Shown here: piece by piece, positions 42,409 through 54,110 of the stretch
How positions within the stretch are numbered: the stretch's first letter is position 1
Layout: the number at the start of each line of letters is the position of its first letter
Assembly (NCBI GenBank): GCA_963663805.2
Contig: CAXXMR010000008.1
Coordinates: forward strand, 1 to 64,000
Direction: 5' to 3'
DNA from: Sedimentisphaerales bacterium
GTDB taxonomy: Bacteria; Planctomycetota; Phycisphaerae; Sedimentisphaerales; SM23-30
DNA length: 64,000 bases
Translations under genes and position numbers: made by a program
The notes under the pieces: generated by a model
Told to the model about the DNA's origin: nothing
Database searches by the model: none
What the model saw: the letters and a program-made list of their open reading frames with translations, nothing else

Positions 42409-44307
42409 ATGACCGAAAGACTACTGGATAATATTAACAGTCCGCAGGACCTGAAGAAGCTCAAACTTGAGCAGCTAAACCAGCTGGCCCGTGAAATCAG
42501 GCAGCTGATTAAAGAAACCGTCAGTAAAAACGGCGGTCATCTGGCCAGCAATCTGGGTGTAATCGAGCTGACGATAGCTTTGCATTATGTATTTGATTTT
42601 GCCGCTGACCGGCTGGTCTGGGATGTGGGTCATCAATGTTATGTGCATAAGATTCTTACCGGTCGGGGCAAAGATTTCTCGAAGCTGCGTCAACCGGGCG
42701 GGCTGAGCGGTTTTCCCAATCCCGCCGAAAGTAAATATGACCAGTTTTCGGTTGGTCATGCCGGTACTTCCGTTGCCACCGCAGTGGGTTTGAGTCTGGG
42801 AGCTCAAATCAAAAAGACATCTGAAAAAGTTGTGGCTCTGGTGGGTGACGCCAGTATTGTCAACGGTTTGTCGTTTGAGGGACTCAACAATATGTCTCTG
42901 CTCAAGCGGCAGATGCTCATTGTGTTTAACGATAATTTTATGGCGATTGATAAAACCAAAGGTGCTTTTGCCGAGTATCTGACTCGCTTTCGGGTATCTC
43001 GTCCTTATGAGGTTTTTCGTCGGCGGACCCAAAGAATGGTGCGTCAGCTGCCTTTTGTGGGTGACGCTTTGGAAGACACTCTGCATCGCGTCAAAGATGG
43101 TTTGAAAACCACTTTGCATCAGGATTTGGGGCGTTTCGAGCAGTTAGGCATTCCTACTTTTGGCCCCATCGACGGTCATGACGTTATTTCGCTCATAAAA
43201 CTTCTGGAACAGATTAAGGATGTTGACCATCCTGTCCTGCTGCACGTTCTAACCGAAAAAGGTCGCGGCTTTACCCCGGCTCGTGAGGATCCGTGTACTT
43301 TTCATAGTCCCCAGCCTTTCAAGGTTGACGGCGAAACGGCCAGTTTTTCCGATAAATCCGATAAGAGTTTCACGCGTGCATTTGCTGACAGTCTGACTGA
43401 AATCATGAAGCGTGACAAAACTGTTATGGCCCTGACGGCTGCCATGCCGGACGGAACCGGTCTGGCCCAGGTGCGGGAAGTTTTTCCCGACAGGGTTTTT
43501 GATGTGGGTATCGCTGAAAGTGCCGCGGTGGATATTGCCGCGGGGATGGCCAAGGTAGGATTAAAGCCGGTGGTCTGCATCTACTCTACTTTTTTGCAGC
43601 GAAGTTTCGACCAGATTTTTCAGGAAGTATCTTTACAGAACCTACCGGTCATTTTTTGTATGGACCGGGCCGGCATGGTCGGCGGCGACGGTGCGGTTCA
43701 TCATGGCTTTTGCGATACAAGCCTTTTGCGTACTTTGGTGAATCTGGAAGTTATGGCTCCCTGCTGCGAAGCGGAGTTGCGATCGTCCCTTGAATATGCG
43801 GTTAATTGTGGTCGGCCGGTGGCGATACGTTATCCGCGTGACCGGGTTGCTCACGAAGATGAACTGCCCGACAACTACGCATGTCCGGTCTTCGAGAAGG
43901 GGCGGGCCCATGTTCTTAAATCCGGGTCGGACGCGACCATTCTTGCCTATGGCGCTCCGGTGATTGCGGGCTTGACCGCCGCGAAAGAACTTGCCAAAGA
44001 AGGTTTGGATGTCGCGGTTATCAGTGCCCGCTTTGCCAAACCTTTGGATGGTGATTTGCTGCGTGATATTTTCACTAACGGAACGGGTCCGATTATTACG
44101 GTTGAGGACCACACGCTTATCGGTGGATTTGGTTCTGCTGTTCTGGAATTTGCCGCAGATGAACAGCTCGATGCCCGTCGGATTACGAGGCTTGGTCTGG
44201 CAGATGAGTTTGTTGGGGTGGACAGCCGGGCAGGTCAGTTGCGTACTATAGGAATTGATGCTCAAAGCATTGGGCGGCAAATCAGACAGCTTCTTCAAAA
44301 AAAATGA
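42409..44307 (+). CDS. dxs: 1-deoxy-D-xylulose-5-phosphate synthase
   Basis: GGHLASNLG, WDVGHQ, GHAGTS, IYSTFLQR, DRAGMVGGDGAVHHG. Confidence 0.97.
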   Translation: MTERLLDNINSPQDLKKLKLEQLNQLAREIRQLIKETVSKNGGHLASNLGVIELTIALHYVFDFAADRLVWDVGHQCYVHKILTGRGKDFSKLRQPGGLSGFPNPAESKYDQFSVGHAGTSVATAVGLSLGAQIKKTSEKVVALVGDASIVNGLSFEGLNNMSLLKRQMLIVFNDNFMAIDKTKGAFAEYLTRFRVSRPYEVFRRRTQRMVRQLPFVGDALEDTLHRVKDGLKTTLHQDLGRFEQLGIPTFGPIDGHDVISLIKLLEQIKDVDHPVLLHVLTEKGRGFTPAREDPCTFHSPQPFKVDGETASFSDKSDKSFTRAFADSLTEIMKRDKTVMALTAAMPDGTGLAQVREVFPDRVFDVGIAESAAVDIAAGMAKVGLKPVVCIYSTFLQRSFDQIFQEVSLQNLPVIFCMDRAGMVGGDGAVHHGFCDTSLLRTLVNLEVMAPCCEAELRSSLEYAVNCGRPVAIRYPRDRVAHEDELPDNYACPVFEKGRAHVLKSGSDATILAYGAPVIAGLTAAKELAKEGLDVAVISARFAKPLDGDLLRDIFTNGTGPIITVEDHTLIGGFGSAVLEFAADEQLDARRITRLGLADEFVGVDSRAGQLRTIGIDAQSIGRQIRQLLQKK

Positions 44308-44343
44308 GTCGCTGATTTTTTCTGTGGAGCTATAATAAGCTTT

Positions 44344-45228
44344 ATGAAGAAAAAGAGAATTATATTACTGCATAATTCCAGCAAGCCGGATACTGGTGAA
44401 AAAGGTCTGTCTCTGCTGACCTGGCTGGAGCAGCGGTCTGAAATTGTCGCCCATAGTCTGCATGAGCCCATCGACATGGACCGGCTGCCCGAAGCGGATT
44501 TTGTAGTGGTGCTGGGTGGTGACGGGACTATTTTGTCAACCGCGCGTTTGCTCAAGGAAAGGGAACTGCCCATTGTTGGGGTCAATATGGGCAAGCTCGG
44601 ATTTCTGGCGGAATATTCGATCGAGGATTTTCAAAACTGTTTTGAGCGGATAGTTACCGATGATTCACTGATTAGTCGGCGTACCATGCTGGACTGTCAA
44701 ATCATTGGGCCGGGCCGGGCTGCTCGCTATACCACTGCGGTGAACGAACTGGCGATTGTGGCAGGTCCGCCTTTCCGTATTATTCAGGTTCAGGTTCGTA
44801 TCGGTACTGAGCAGTTGGCAGTTTGTTCCGGCGATGGTTTGATCGTGGCGACCCCCACCGGTTCGACGGCATATAATCTTTCTGCCGGCGGTCCGATTAT
44901 CGCCGCGACTATCAATGCCGCGGTGATTACTCCGCTGGCGGCCCATTCTCTGAGCTTTCGGCCGATTGTGGTTAATCTTGATGCGCCTATCGGTATACGT
45001 TGTCGTGAAGCGACCGCTTATGATTCTGAGCATCAATCTCCGCCAGCGGTAGTCGCAATTGACGGCCAGCAGCATTTGCCCCTCGACCATGACGAAGAAG
45101 TGATTATCACCCGTTCCGCCAAATCGTTTCGACTGGTTACCAACCCCTTTCAGAGTCCCTGGCGTTTGCTCAATACCAAACTCAACTGGGGTGCTCTGCC
45201 GAATTATACCAATCATCAACAAAGTTGA
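44344..45228 (+). CDS. nadK: NAD(+) kinase
   Basis: LGGDGT, GVNMGKLGFL, NE, DGLIVATPTGSTAYNLSAGGP. Confidence 0.96.
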   Translation: MKKKRIILLHNSSKPDTGEKGLSLLTWLEQRSEIVAHSLHEPIDMDRLPEADFVVVLGGDGTILSTARLLKERELPIVGVNMGKLGFLAEYSIEDFQNCFERIVTDDSLISRRTMLDCQIIGPGRAARYTTAVNELAIVAGPPFRIIQVQVRIGTEQLAVCSGDGLIVATPTGSTAYNLSAGGPIIAATINAAVITPLAAHSLSFRPIVVNLDAPIGIRCREATAYDSEHQSPPAVVAIDGQQHLPLDHDEEVIITRSAKSFRLVTNPFQSPWRLLNTKLNWGALPNYTNHQQS

Positions 45229-48200
45229 TTAGTTGATTACATCGTCGTGGACCGGTCCGATTTTGCTGACATTGGATAAATCCAAAGCTTCATCACCGGT
45301 GAAATAAACCCTGCCCAGCTTATCAGCGTAAATCGTACCTGAGACATCGGCCTTTGAGTTGACGATGCTGGAACGCCTGCCTTCCTCATAGCCAACCATA
45401 ATACGTTTGATGTTCTTGGTTGCTGAAACGATGGTATCGGTGAAACCATCTTCGGCGGAAATATGATTAATGGAACGAACCAGACTGACCAGCGTCGCGT
45501 CGGTAACGGAGCCGGTGACCTTGACAGACTTCAGGTCGAAGGTACTCTGGGCCGTGCCGGTGAAATCTGAACCGGTATAGGTGTCATCTTCATCGAGCTG
45601 GTCTTTGTTGAGGTCATAGCCTATCAGGACATCGCCCAGCCGGGTGGATTGAATCGAACCGGCGAAGTCTCCGCCGCTGCTGACCCGATTGATTCTGGAC
45701 CTTCGTGAACCATCGGCGGTCATTTCCACCGTGCTGGAGACATCACCGTCGGCATGTATTGTGAGGATGCTCTTGTCGGCGCTGATTTCCACGTTGTCGA
45801 TGTTACCGTTTGTATTGCCGGGGCCGTCTTGGTCCCGAACGATTACCTTGCCGATTTTACCATCCTCGATCGGAGCGGTAATGGCACTGTTGGTTAGGTT
45901 GCCGTCCTCTATGGTTACTTGTTTGATATTGCCTTCTGAGTAAAGCAGGGTTGAATCTATGTCGCCCTGTTCGATGGTAACGCTGCCGATTTTGGCCTTG
46001 CGACCCAGCAGGTAGAAAGTCGAGCTGGACACCGCGACATCTGCGTTGTCGAGATTATTGACGGTTAGCGAGCTGAGAGAACGGCTGTTGAATTCACTGT
46101 CGGTAATGACGCCGTCGATAACTATATCGCCAAGGCTGTTCGTGCTGCGGCGGGGGAGAATTTGAATATTGGCAACGTCACCCAATACCTGCAAATTTTT
46201 CAGGCCCGTCGCTAAGAAACGATGGCCGGTGGTGTCGGCATCGCCCAGTGAGTCCGCCTGGAAACTGGTATATTCCAGGCCTGGCGTGAGGACATCCTGA
46301 ACCGAGCCGATACTAACGCGGGACACTTTGCCTTCAGCGTCGTCCGGGGCGGTAATGGTTTCGACATCGCCGCCGAAAATCAGCCGGCCCAGCGAATCAT
46401 TGATTACGATTTCGTCGAGGGTGAGATCGCCGATGTCGTCAATGTTGGCCAGGACCACTTCGCTGCGGGAGTTGCTCTGGAGTATGATTAAGGAAGTCAA
46501 ATCTTTGATGTCGCCGTCGAGGTTGGACAGATATGACAAGGCCGCCTGGGTGCTGCCTTCGGTGCGGAGCTGGAGAGTCTCACCGTTAAACTCAAATTCC
46601 TGGATGGGGGCAGTTTCGTCCGCGATTGTTGAAGCTGTCAGTGACCATTGGGATTGCCAGGTGTCCGTGGCGGTTTCGGTGAAGGTCAACAGTGCGTCAT
46701 CTTCGGTTGTGTTGTTATCGGGGTCCTGGGCGATGGCCATGATTTTGCCGTCACCGTAAACTTCCAGATGAGAAAGGGTGGCATTGGTCAGGAACGATGC
46801 CTGGTCAATGTCTTCTGGCGCGATGACGGTGCTTATGTCCTCAAACACACCGGGGTCAACTCTGGTCGCGGTGCCTATGGCGGTAACGTTAGTTGAATAC
46901 AGATATATATCGCCATCGGCGTCGAAGTCGAAAAGGATATTAGCAGCGGTATCGTCAGGTGAAAAAGTTCCGGCCGCTACTTCGGTGGCCAGGTCGGCGG
47001 TGGCTGCCTGGCCCAGATTCATGATGCGTGCTTCGTCTGCGAAATCAATGGCCACGTAGGGGCGGATGTAGGTGGCTTCGCGGATATTTAATTGGCCGAG
47101 GGTGTATTCGGTAAGTTCACTTTGGGCGATGGTCGCTAGTCCTGCCTCGTCGGAAAGCAGGACGGTTAAGTCGCCGTTGTTTTCAAGAATAAGGTCGCCG
47201 TCGGCAACGTAGCCGGCTGCTGATTGTAAAGCGTCGGTCCATAGCTCAGCCGTGCCGTCGGAGTTGAGCATGTAAAGCTCATAGACGGTATCATTTTTGA
47301 TAGTGACTGCCATCCTGCCGCCCATGACCGAATCTTCGGCGGTAAAGATGAGGTCGCCCATGTAGGCGCTTGCTACATCATCGGTGAAATCGTAAAAGTC
47401 AGCGACATTGCCCAGCGAGTCGATTCTGAGTACCGTAGCAGCCTGCCAGGTTCCCACATAGAGGCTGTCTCCATAATCATCACCACTGGAGAAATCCAGA
47501 GAGACCACGCCGTCCGCTATATTTTCGATCCAGAGTTCCGCCGTGCCGTCCGGACTGATACGCCAGAGGTCCGAGCTGTAATTGCCGGCAATGTTTTCAC
47601 TCAAAAGATAGATATAGTCGCCGAAATCGCCGCCGGGACTGAATGCCAGGTCGATTACGTCAAAAAAAACCGGTCAGGGTCAGACCATCTTTTTCCGCCG
47701 CGACTGCCTCACCATTTTGGTTATATTCTATATAACTGGTCACAAATTCCGTGATTGTGCCGTCGGCAGCAACTGTGTACAGTTGGCCGTCGAGGTCGTC
47801 ACCCATGCTGGCGCCGAACGTGCCCAGGAACATCAGGTTGTCGAATGTGCCGGCAGTACTGGTGTCAATCGCAATTGCCGCGGGGTTTAAGGTTGTTTGA
47901 GAGCCGGAAGGGGTGAAAAACTGGGTGTAAACCGCCGATTCAGGGTCGTCGGGGTCAGCGGCAATGCGGGTAATAGAGCCGTCGCCGCCGGAACCGGAGG
48001 AAAGCTGGGTAACGTAATAGTAATTACCGTAATCACCAGAGCCTTTTACGAGAGAATTGGCGACGAAGGTGCCGGTAGTGGAGGAAATGGTGTTTATCGG
48101 CAGGGCTGCATCACCGGCGACGATGCTGTTGGCGAGTTCGGATTTGATAACGGTCTCGAAATCATCCTGGTCAGCGTAGGTGGACAGCACGTAGGAGTCG

Positions 48201-48760
48201 CCGCCGAGCGTGGGAGTCATTTTTATAACCGTCTGGGTGGTTTGCTCGGTAATATAGATTGCTGAATTCGAGTCTGTGTCGAGACTTACGATTACGGGGC
48301 TGGTTTGGCCGGTCCAATTCTGAATTTGGGCCTGAGTGATTATTACTGAGGCGGTTGCGTCCGCTTCGAGGGCTATGATGTCGCAGGTTCCGTCGAAGGT
48401 TATGAGTATTTGGCCTTGAGCGTTGCAGTTGAGCTGATTTACGGTGGGGGAAGTGATGCTAAGTTCGGCTGCTTCAACGATTTCCGTCAGGTCGGCGATT
48501 TTGACGGCTGGGTCGGTCGCCCCGGCGGGGTTTTGATGGTAGAGGCTGTCGTAAGCGATGAAGTAGGCCAGACCCTGGTCGTCGAGGGCGATGTTGCTAA
48601 GCTCCATGGGGCCAAGTGGGTCGGGTGTTTCTTCGTTAATGTCTTCGTCGGCGGCCTGATAGGGCGTACCGTTGAGGAGCAGGCGATTTTCGAGATATTC
48701 CAGGGCGAGTTTTTGTTGGGATTGATTTTTGTTGGGGCTGTTTTTGAAGAATTTAGGCAT
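45229..48760 (-). CDS. Large acidic extracellular protein with planctomycete LE-x-R-LL leader; frameshift at the A8 run 47662-47669
   Basis: LEYLENRLLL near the N-terminus. ORFs 47660..48760 and 45229..47604 join via GFFDVIDLAFSPGGDFGDY. Propeller-like N-terminal half, beta-solenoid-like C-terminal half. Confidence 0.75.
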
Positions 48761-48991
48761 TTTTCGGCCGCTCCAGTGGAAAAAACATGGTTTTAAGTCG
48801 TTTTTTCGGGTTTTTGGCTGCTAAACCCAGCTGTTATCATGCTAACGTTATTAACTATATCAGGCAACAAGTTTAGCCTGTGGGTGTTATACTATTTATT
48901 TAGTTATCGGCAAAAAAAGGCGTACAAGTGAGAATATAACCATTGTTTATGTCAATATTTAGGATGGTTTTTGAAAAAAATGGGAAAATAT

Positions 48992-49039
48992 TTGACGGGT
49001 TGGGGTTTGTGGTGTATAGTGTATTAGTTGAGTAATACA
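48992..49039 (+). promoter_or_regulatory. Sigma70 promoter with overlapping YtrA/GntR-type operator
   Basis: TTGACG (48992)-N17-TATAGT (49015). Perfect palindrome TGTATTA-N6-TAATACA at 49020-49039. Confidence 0.8.
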
Positions 49040-49060
49040 GTGGGTTGTTTGAGGTTGTTG

Positions 49061-49450
49061 ATGATACTTGAGATAGATTTACATAGCGGGGTTCCGATTT
49101 ACCGTCAGATAGTTGACCAGGTTCGAGGGCAGGTGGTTTCTGGTGAGCTGGGTGAGGGTGAGCAGTTGATGTCGGTTCGTGAGCTGGCGGGACAGTTGAA
49201 GGTTAATCCGATGACGGTTAGCAAAGCTTATGCCCGGCTGGAGCTTGAGGGGCTGGTGGATCGGCAGCGGGGGGTTGGGTTGTTTGTGGCTCGTATTCGG
49301 GAGAAGGAAAAGGATAGGGTTAAGGCTGAGATACTGAGTGAGATACTGGAGAAGGCGGCAGTGACGGCGGTGCAGCTTGATATTGATATCGAAGATGTGT
49401 TGGCGAAACTGACGGGGTTTTATCATGAATATAATGGTAAAAAAGGATAA
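49061..49450 (+). CDS. GntR-family (YtrA subfamily) regulator
   Basis: PIYRQIVDQV, SVRELA, VNPMTVSKAY, GVGLFV; short C-terminus; precedes an ABC transporter. Confidence 0.93.
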   Translation: MILEIDLHSGVPIYRQIVDQVRGQVVSGELGEGEQLMSVRELAGQLKVNPMTVSKAYARLELEGLVDRQRGVGLFVARIREKEKDRVKAEILSEILEKAAVTAVQLDIDIEDVLAKLTGFYHEYNGKKG

Positions 49451-49453
49451 GCG

Positions 49454-50380
49454 ATGAACGGGAATTATAAGATGAATAATACTGATAGTGGTCAGGTGCT
49501 GGTTGAGGTGCGGGAATTGAGTCGGCGGTTTGGCAAGACTTTGGCGTTGGATGGGGTTTCGATGCGGCTGGAACGTGGGCAGATTTTGGGGCTGGTGGGT
49601 GCCAACGGGTCGGGAAAGAGTACGCTTATGCGGCATTTCATCGGGTTGTATCCGGCGCAGCAGGGTGAGTGTCGCACATTTGGCAAGGACGCGAAGGATC
49701 TGGCGGCGGCGGATATGGCGCGGATAGGTTATGTCCATCAGGAAGGGGAGCTGCTGGAGTGGATGACGGTACGGCAATTGGTGCGGTATGTTAGTGCTTA
49801 TTATCCGGGGTGGGATCATGGTTTGCAGGAAGATTATATTCGTCAGTTTGAGATTGATGTCAAGGCGCGGGTGGCATCGCTTTCGCCGGGCGAGCGGCAG
49901 AAGGTGGCGATTTTACTGGCGGTGGGGTTTGGGCCTGAGCTGCTGATACTGGATGAGCCGGCGGCGGCGCTGGACCCGGTGGCACGGGCGGACTTTTTGA
50001 ATTTACTTTTGGAGTTTATTCAGGAACAGCAGCGGGCAGCGGTGATTTCTTCGCATATATTGAGTGATGTGGAGAAGGTGATTGACCATGTGATAATAAT
50101 GAAGAAGGGGCGATTTCTGCGTGATGTTGGTTTTGATGAGCTGCGGGAGGAATTCTGTCGAGTGCGTTTATCTTCGCTGAACGGGTCTTTGGCAGATGAT
50201 TTGGGATTTGAGGGGGTTTGTGATGTCAAGCGTGAGCAGCGGCAGGCAGTGCTGGTTTTGCAGGGGGCGGACTGGGACGCGGTGCGGGTGCGGGCACGTG
50301 AATTGCGGTGCGAGGTTGATATTCAGCGGTTGGGGTTGGAAGATATTTATCGCGTTCTGGTTAATAAGGAGGGATGGTAA
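49454..50380 (+). CDS. ABC transporter ATP-binding protein
   Basis: GANGSGKST, LSPGERQK, LILDEP, SSH. Confidence 0.95.
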   Translation: MNGNYKMNNTDSGQVLVEVRELSRRFGKTLALDGVSMRLERGQILGLVGANGSGKSTLMRHFIGLYPAQQGECRTFGKDAKDLAAADMARIGYVHQEGELLEWMTVRQLVRYVSAYYPGWDHGLQEDYIRQFEIDVKARVASLSPGERQKVAILLAVGFGPELLILDEPAAALDPVARADFLNLLLEFIQEQQRAAVISSHILSDVEKVIDHVIIMKKGRFLRDVGFDELREEFCRVRLSSLNGSLADDLGFEGVCDVKREQRQAVLVLQGADWDAVRVRARELRCEVDIQRLGLEDIYRVLVNKEGW

Positions 50381-51769
50381 ATGACAGCGTTATCGGTAAA
50401 TTTGCGGCAGTATTATCAGCGGTGGGGGCTTTATTACTGGTATTTTATACTTACTTGTGTGATGGTGCCGCAGGCTTTGATGGCTATCAAGGGTAAGTCT
50501 CCGGGGCACTGTCTGGCGTGTTTGCTTTTGAGTGTGCTGATGGGGATTGCGGTGGGGAGTTCGCAGCGTGGGGTTATGTCGCGGCCTTTTTCTTATTGTC
50601 TGCCGGGTCAGATGCGGGTGATGCAGAAAGTCATTATGATTTTCGCGTTGGTGGTAAATCTGCTGGGCGCGCAGATATTCTGGTTTCATTCAGGGCTGGA
50701 TATTTTCGGTAGAGGGCTGGCGGTATTGGGTGCGTTTGGTCTGGGGATGGTGATTTATACATTGTCGGTGTGGGCGAGCTGGGCGGGTCGTTCGGATAAG
50801 TCACCTATGTTTGGGCTGACTCCTTTACTGGTTTTTGGCTTGTTGTATTTTGATGGTCATCTGCTGTTGCTGAATGTGATAGTTGAGAGTTGGTATATTT
50901 GTTTGGGGCTGGGAATTGTGAGTGGGGCATGGCTTTGGCGGCTGACGGGTGATTTGGAGGCGGCGCGGCGTGATTGCGGAAGGTCAATAGCTGGAATCCT
51001 GGACGGGATGAACATGGAGCGGGGCAGGCGGATACAGCAGCGCGTGCGAGCGGAGAAATGGGCAAAGAATAAACGTGTTGAAAATGTCCGGGTGGAAAAC
51101 TTCTTTTTGGGACGGATGGGACACGCTGCTAATTTGAGTCTTACTCGCGTGATGTGGGGGGCGATATATGAGATTCTGATGCCCTGGTTTTCGCAGGAGA
51201 CGGTCAAGTTCGCGGTTTTGGCATTACTGCTGGCAGTTGGCTATGGTTATTTCCCGTGGGGTAAAATTGATAGTAGTCAGAGCATGGTGAATTTTCTTTA
51301 TGTTATGGTAATGGGTTTGGGGTTTCAGGTTAGTATGCCGGTCTGGCATAGTTTTCTACTGGCCAGCGGCAGGCGCCAGCGGTTCTGGGCGACGTTATCA
51401 GGGACGGCAGGTTTTGCGGTGATGGTGACTATTTTAGCGGCAGCGGTAGCAGGTACGACTGTGCTGCTGGAAAAGGTCTTGCCGGCGGTGATTATTAAGG
51501 GGCAGGAAATAAATTTTTCGGCAATGGATTTGCGGTTGGTTTATGTTTCGACAATGGTGATGGCGGTTGGTTTTTCGGTCAAGGCGATTGCCCGTAAGAA
51601 TGGGTTATTAATGATGTTAATTTTCACACCTGTTATTGTGACAGGTTTTTTCTGGGTGCAGGTGCTGGGGAGCTTAGGTGTGATTTGGGGCTTGCTGATT
51701 ATGACAGCGGTTTGGCTGATATATATAGCGATTTTGTGGTTGCGTTGTTTTCGGTGGAGGTTGAGTTAG
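50381..51769 (+). CDS. Polytopic membrane protein, probable ABC permease
   Basis: About 12 hydrophobic segments; abuts the ATPase gene. Confidence 0.7.
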   Translation: MTALSVNLRQYYQRWGLYYWYFILTCVMVPQALMAIKGKSPGHCLACLLLSVLMGIAVGSSQRGVMSRPFSYCLPGQMRVMQKVIMIFALVVNLLGAQIFWFHSGLDIFGRGLAVLGAFGLGMVIYTLSVWASWAGRSDKSPMFGLTPLLVFGLLYFDGHLLLLNVIVESWYICLGLGIVSGAWLWRLTGDLEAARRDCGRSIAGILDGMNMERGRRIQQRVRAEKWAKNKRVENVRVENFFLGRMGHAANLSLTRVMWGAIYEILMPWFSQETVKFAVLALLLAVGYGYFPWGKIDSSQSMVNFLYVMVMGLGFQVSMPVWHSFLLASGRRQRFWATLSGTAGFAVMVTILAAAVAGTTVLLEKVLPAVIIKGQEINFSAMDLRLVYVSTMVMAVGFSVKAIARKNGLLMMLIFTPVIVTGFFWVQVLGSLGVIWGLLIMTAVWLIYIAILWLRCFRWRLS

Positions 51770-51779
51770 AAATTTGTGA

Positions 51780-52358
51780 TTATTCGAGGTCCATCTGTAC
51801 GGCTATTTTGATGAGTTCGGCGAGGTTTTGGGCGTTTAGCTTTTTCATGATGTGGGCCCGGTGGTCTTCGATGGTTCGGATAGATCGTTCCATGGAGTTG
51901 GCTATTTCGCGATTGGTTTGGCCCTGGGCGATCATTTTTAGAACTTTGTTCTCCGTGGGGGTTAGCGGTCGACCGGCGAGGGGATTTTCTTTGTCACGCG
52001 GTTTGAGGGTGGCAGATACGGTTTTAAGGAGATAGTCGCGGTCGAGCGGTTTTTCGATATAGTCTAAGGCGCCCGCCTTGATAGCTCTTACAGCCAGGGG
52101 AATTTCGGGGAATCCGGTGACGATTAGAATCGGGATGGCAGGGTAGGTTCGTCGGACTTTTTTGAGCAGTTCTATGCCGGTCATTTCGGGCATGTTGACA
52201 TCGGTGATTAGCAGGTCACAAGGTGATTCTTTGAGGGCCTTGAGGCAATCCTGGGCGGAGAGGAAATCAAGGACACTCCATTTCTTTCGGCGCAGAATAC
52301 GGGATACGGTTTTGCATATTGCCGGGTCATCATCAACAAAAAAAATCTGCTGAGCCAT
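51780..52358 (-). CDS. FixJ/LuxR-type response regulator
   Basis: FVDDD, ITDVNMP, DYIEKP, LTPTE...TNREIA...TIEDHRAHIMKKL. Confidence 0.93.
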   Translation of the reverse strand: MAQQIFFVDDDPAICKTVSRILRRKKWSVLDFLSAQDCLKALKESPCDLLITDVNMPEMTGIELLKKVRRTYPAIPILIVTGFPEIPLAVRAIKAGALDYIEKPLDRDYLLKTVSATLKPRDKENPLAGRPLTPTENKVLKMIAQGQTNREIANSMERSIRTIEDHRAHIMKKLNAQNLAELIKIAVQMDLE

Positions 52359-52526
52359 AATATCCTTTCACAAAACCGCAAAATTTGCGTTATGTACTAT
52401 GTTTCCCCCCGCCAAACAACCCTGCCATTGTAACGTTTTTACAAATTGTTCGCTATCGTGGTAAATACGGTATTTAAAAATAAATATTCCGGCGTAATAC
52501 AAGATAACTCTATGTATAACAGGCGA

Positions 52527-54095
52527 TTAAGAAGATTTTGGCAAAGTTACATGGAAGGTTGTCCCTTTTCCCTGTACGGAATCGAACCAGACCTCGCCGG
52601 CGTATTTGAAGACGATTCTTTCGAGTATTGTCAGGCCGAGCCCCGTGCCCTGGCCGATGGGTTTGGTGGTGAAAAAGGACGTAAAAGCTTTAAGTTGGGT
52701 TTCGGGTGACATGCCGCCGCAATCGTCTTCGAAGGTAAGTTCGATTTCCTTTTGGTTGTGCTTTCCAGAAATAACAAGTTTGTGCGGTTCATTTCCGTCG
52801 GCGGCCTGTATGGCATTCTGGATAATGATGAATAAAATCTGTTCGATATCAGCGTTGTCAATCTTGAGCTGGGGGAGATTATCGAGGTTGTTGATGACGA
52901 GTTCCATTCTTGCTCTTCGGGCGTTTTCGGTTAGTGCCGCTGTGATTCGCTGGGCGACATGGTTCAGTGAGAGATTCTCAAGCGACTGGCCGGTGCTGCT
53001 GCGGGTTATGGCGCCGTATCTGGTGATAAGTGAGATGGCGTTCTCGATTTCGCTTAGGCTGTCGGTGAGATTCTCAATAATTTCGGGACACTCAATTTTA
53101 TATTCGCGGATTTGGGCGATGGTGTCCTGCATTAACAGGCGAATAACGGTTAGGGGCTGGTTGAGTTGGTGGGCCATGGTTGCTGACATGGTTCCGAGCG
53201 AGGCCAGTCGTTCGGCTCTAATCATTTCCTGGTGATATGCGTTGAGTTCATCTTCAAGTTCTCGCTGTTCGGTTATGTCTCGACCGACCCCCTGGATTTC
53301 GATAAGATTGTTTTGGGAGTCGAAAAAAGCAGTTCCGTCCCACTCAATCCAACGCCAGCCATTGACGGACATGACTCTCTGGGCAAAGACTACGTGATGA
53401 GGTGGGGTGATGAGTTTTTCCAATGTGGCAAGAGTATGGGGCAGGTCGTCTTCGTGGATGAGGGGCAGAAATGAGCGGCCGAGGAGTTCTTCCTTTTTCT
53501 TTCCGAACATGCGGCAGTAAGCTTCATTGACAAAGGTAAGTTTTTTTTGGGCATCAGATCGGGCGATGAGTTCGTGCTGCGACTGGAGCAGGTCGAGATA
53601 GCGTTGCTCGCTGCAGCGGAGTTTTTCTTCGGCTTGTTTTCGGTCGGTGATGTCACGGAGATATACAGCGACAAAACGAAGATTTTGTTTATCGTCAAAG
53701 ATCGGGGTGGCGAGGGTGTCATAATCGCCGTAGAGTCCCTCATCGGTGTATATAATGGGTTTTTGGTTTCGGAGAATTTTGTCGAAGATTTTTTTTCTTC
53801 GCGCATTGATTTTCGGCGGGAAAAACTTCGCCAGCGGTTGACCGGTAAGCTGGTCCGCCTCCAGAGCCATTTTTTTGAGTATGGTATGATTGGCCGCCAC
53901 AACATTCGCCTGAAGGTCGAGCAGAAAGATTCCTTCCATAGAGGAATCAAATATCTGACGCAAGAGCGACTCGGAGTTTCGGAAGTCCCGGACCAGGTCA
54001 GTGATGTCGAGGTGCCGATTTCGCAGTTCGGCAATTTCCCTTTTGAGGGACTCGATTTCCTGCCGGAGTTGCGGGATAGTTTTCTCCGATTCCAT
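52527..54095 (-). CDS. Cytoplasmic PAS-PAS histidine kinase
   Basis: Two PAS/PAC domains (RDITDRK, RDITEQR), AHQLNQPL, NAIQA, FFTTKPIGQGTGLGL. Confidence 0.93.
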   Translation of the reverse strand: MESEKTIPQLRQEIESLKREIAELRNRHLDITDLVRDFRNSESLLRQIFDSSMEGIFLLDLQANVVAANHTILKKMALEADQLTGQPLAKFFPPKINARRKKIFDKILRNQKPIIYTDEGLYGDYDTLATPIFDDKQNLRFVAVYLRDITDRKQAEEKLRCSEQRYLDLLQSQHELIARSDAQKKLTFVNEAYCRMFGKKKEELLGRSFLPLIHEDDLPHTLATLEKLITPPHHVVFAQRVMSVNGWRWIEWDGTAFFDSQNNLIEIQGVGRDITEQRELEDELNAYHQEMIRAERLASLGTMSATMAHQLNQPLTVIRLLMQDTIAQIREYKIECPEIIENLTDSLSEIENAISLITRYGAITRSSTGQSLENLSLNHVAQRITAALTENARRARMELVINNLDNLPQLKIDNADIEQILFIIIQNAIQAADGNEPHKLVISGKHNQKEIELTFEDDCGGMSPETQLKAFTSFFTTKPIGQGTGLGLTILERIVFKYAGEVWFDSVQGKGTTFHVTLPKSS

Positions 54096-54110
54096 TCTTG
54101 CTGCCTTGTA

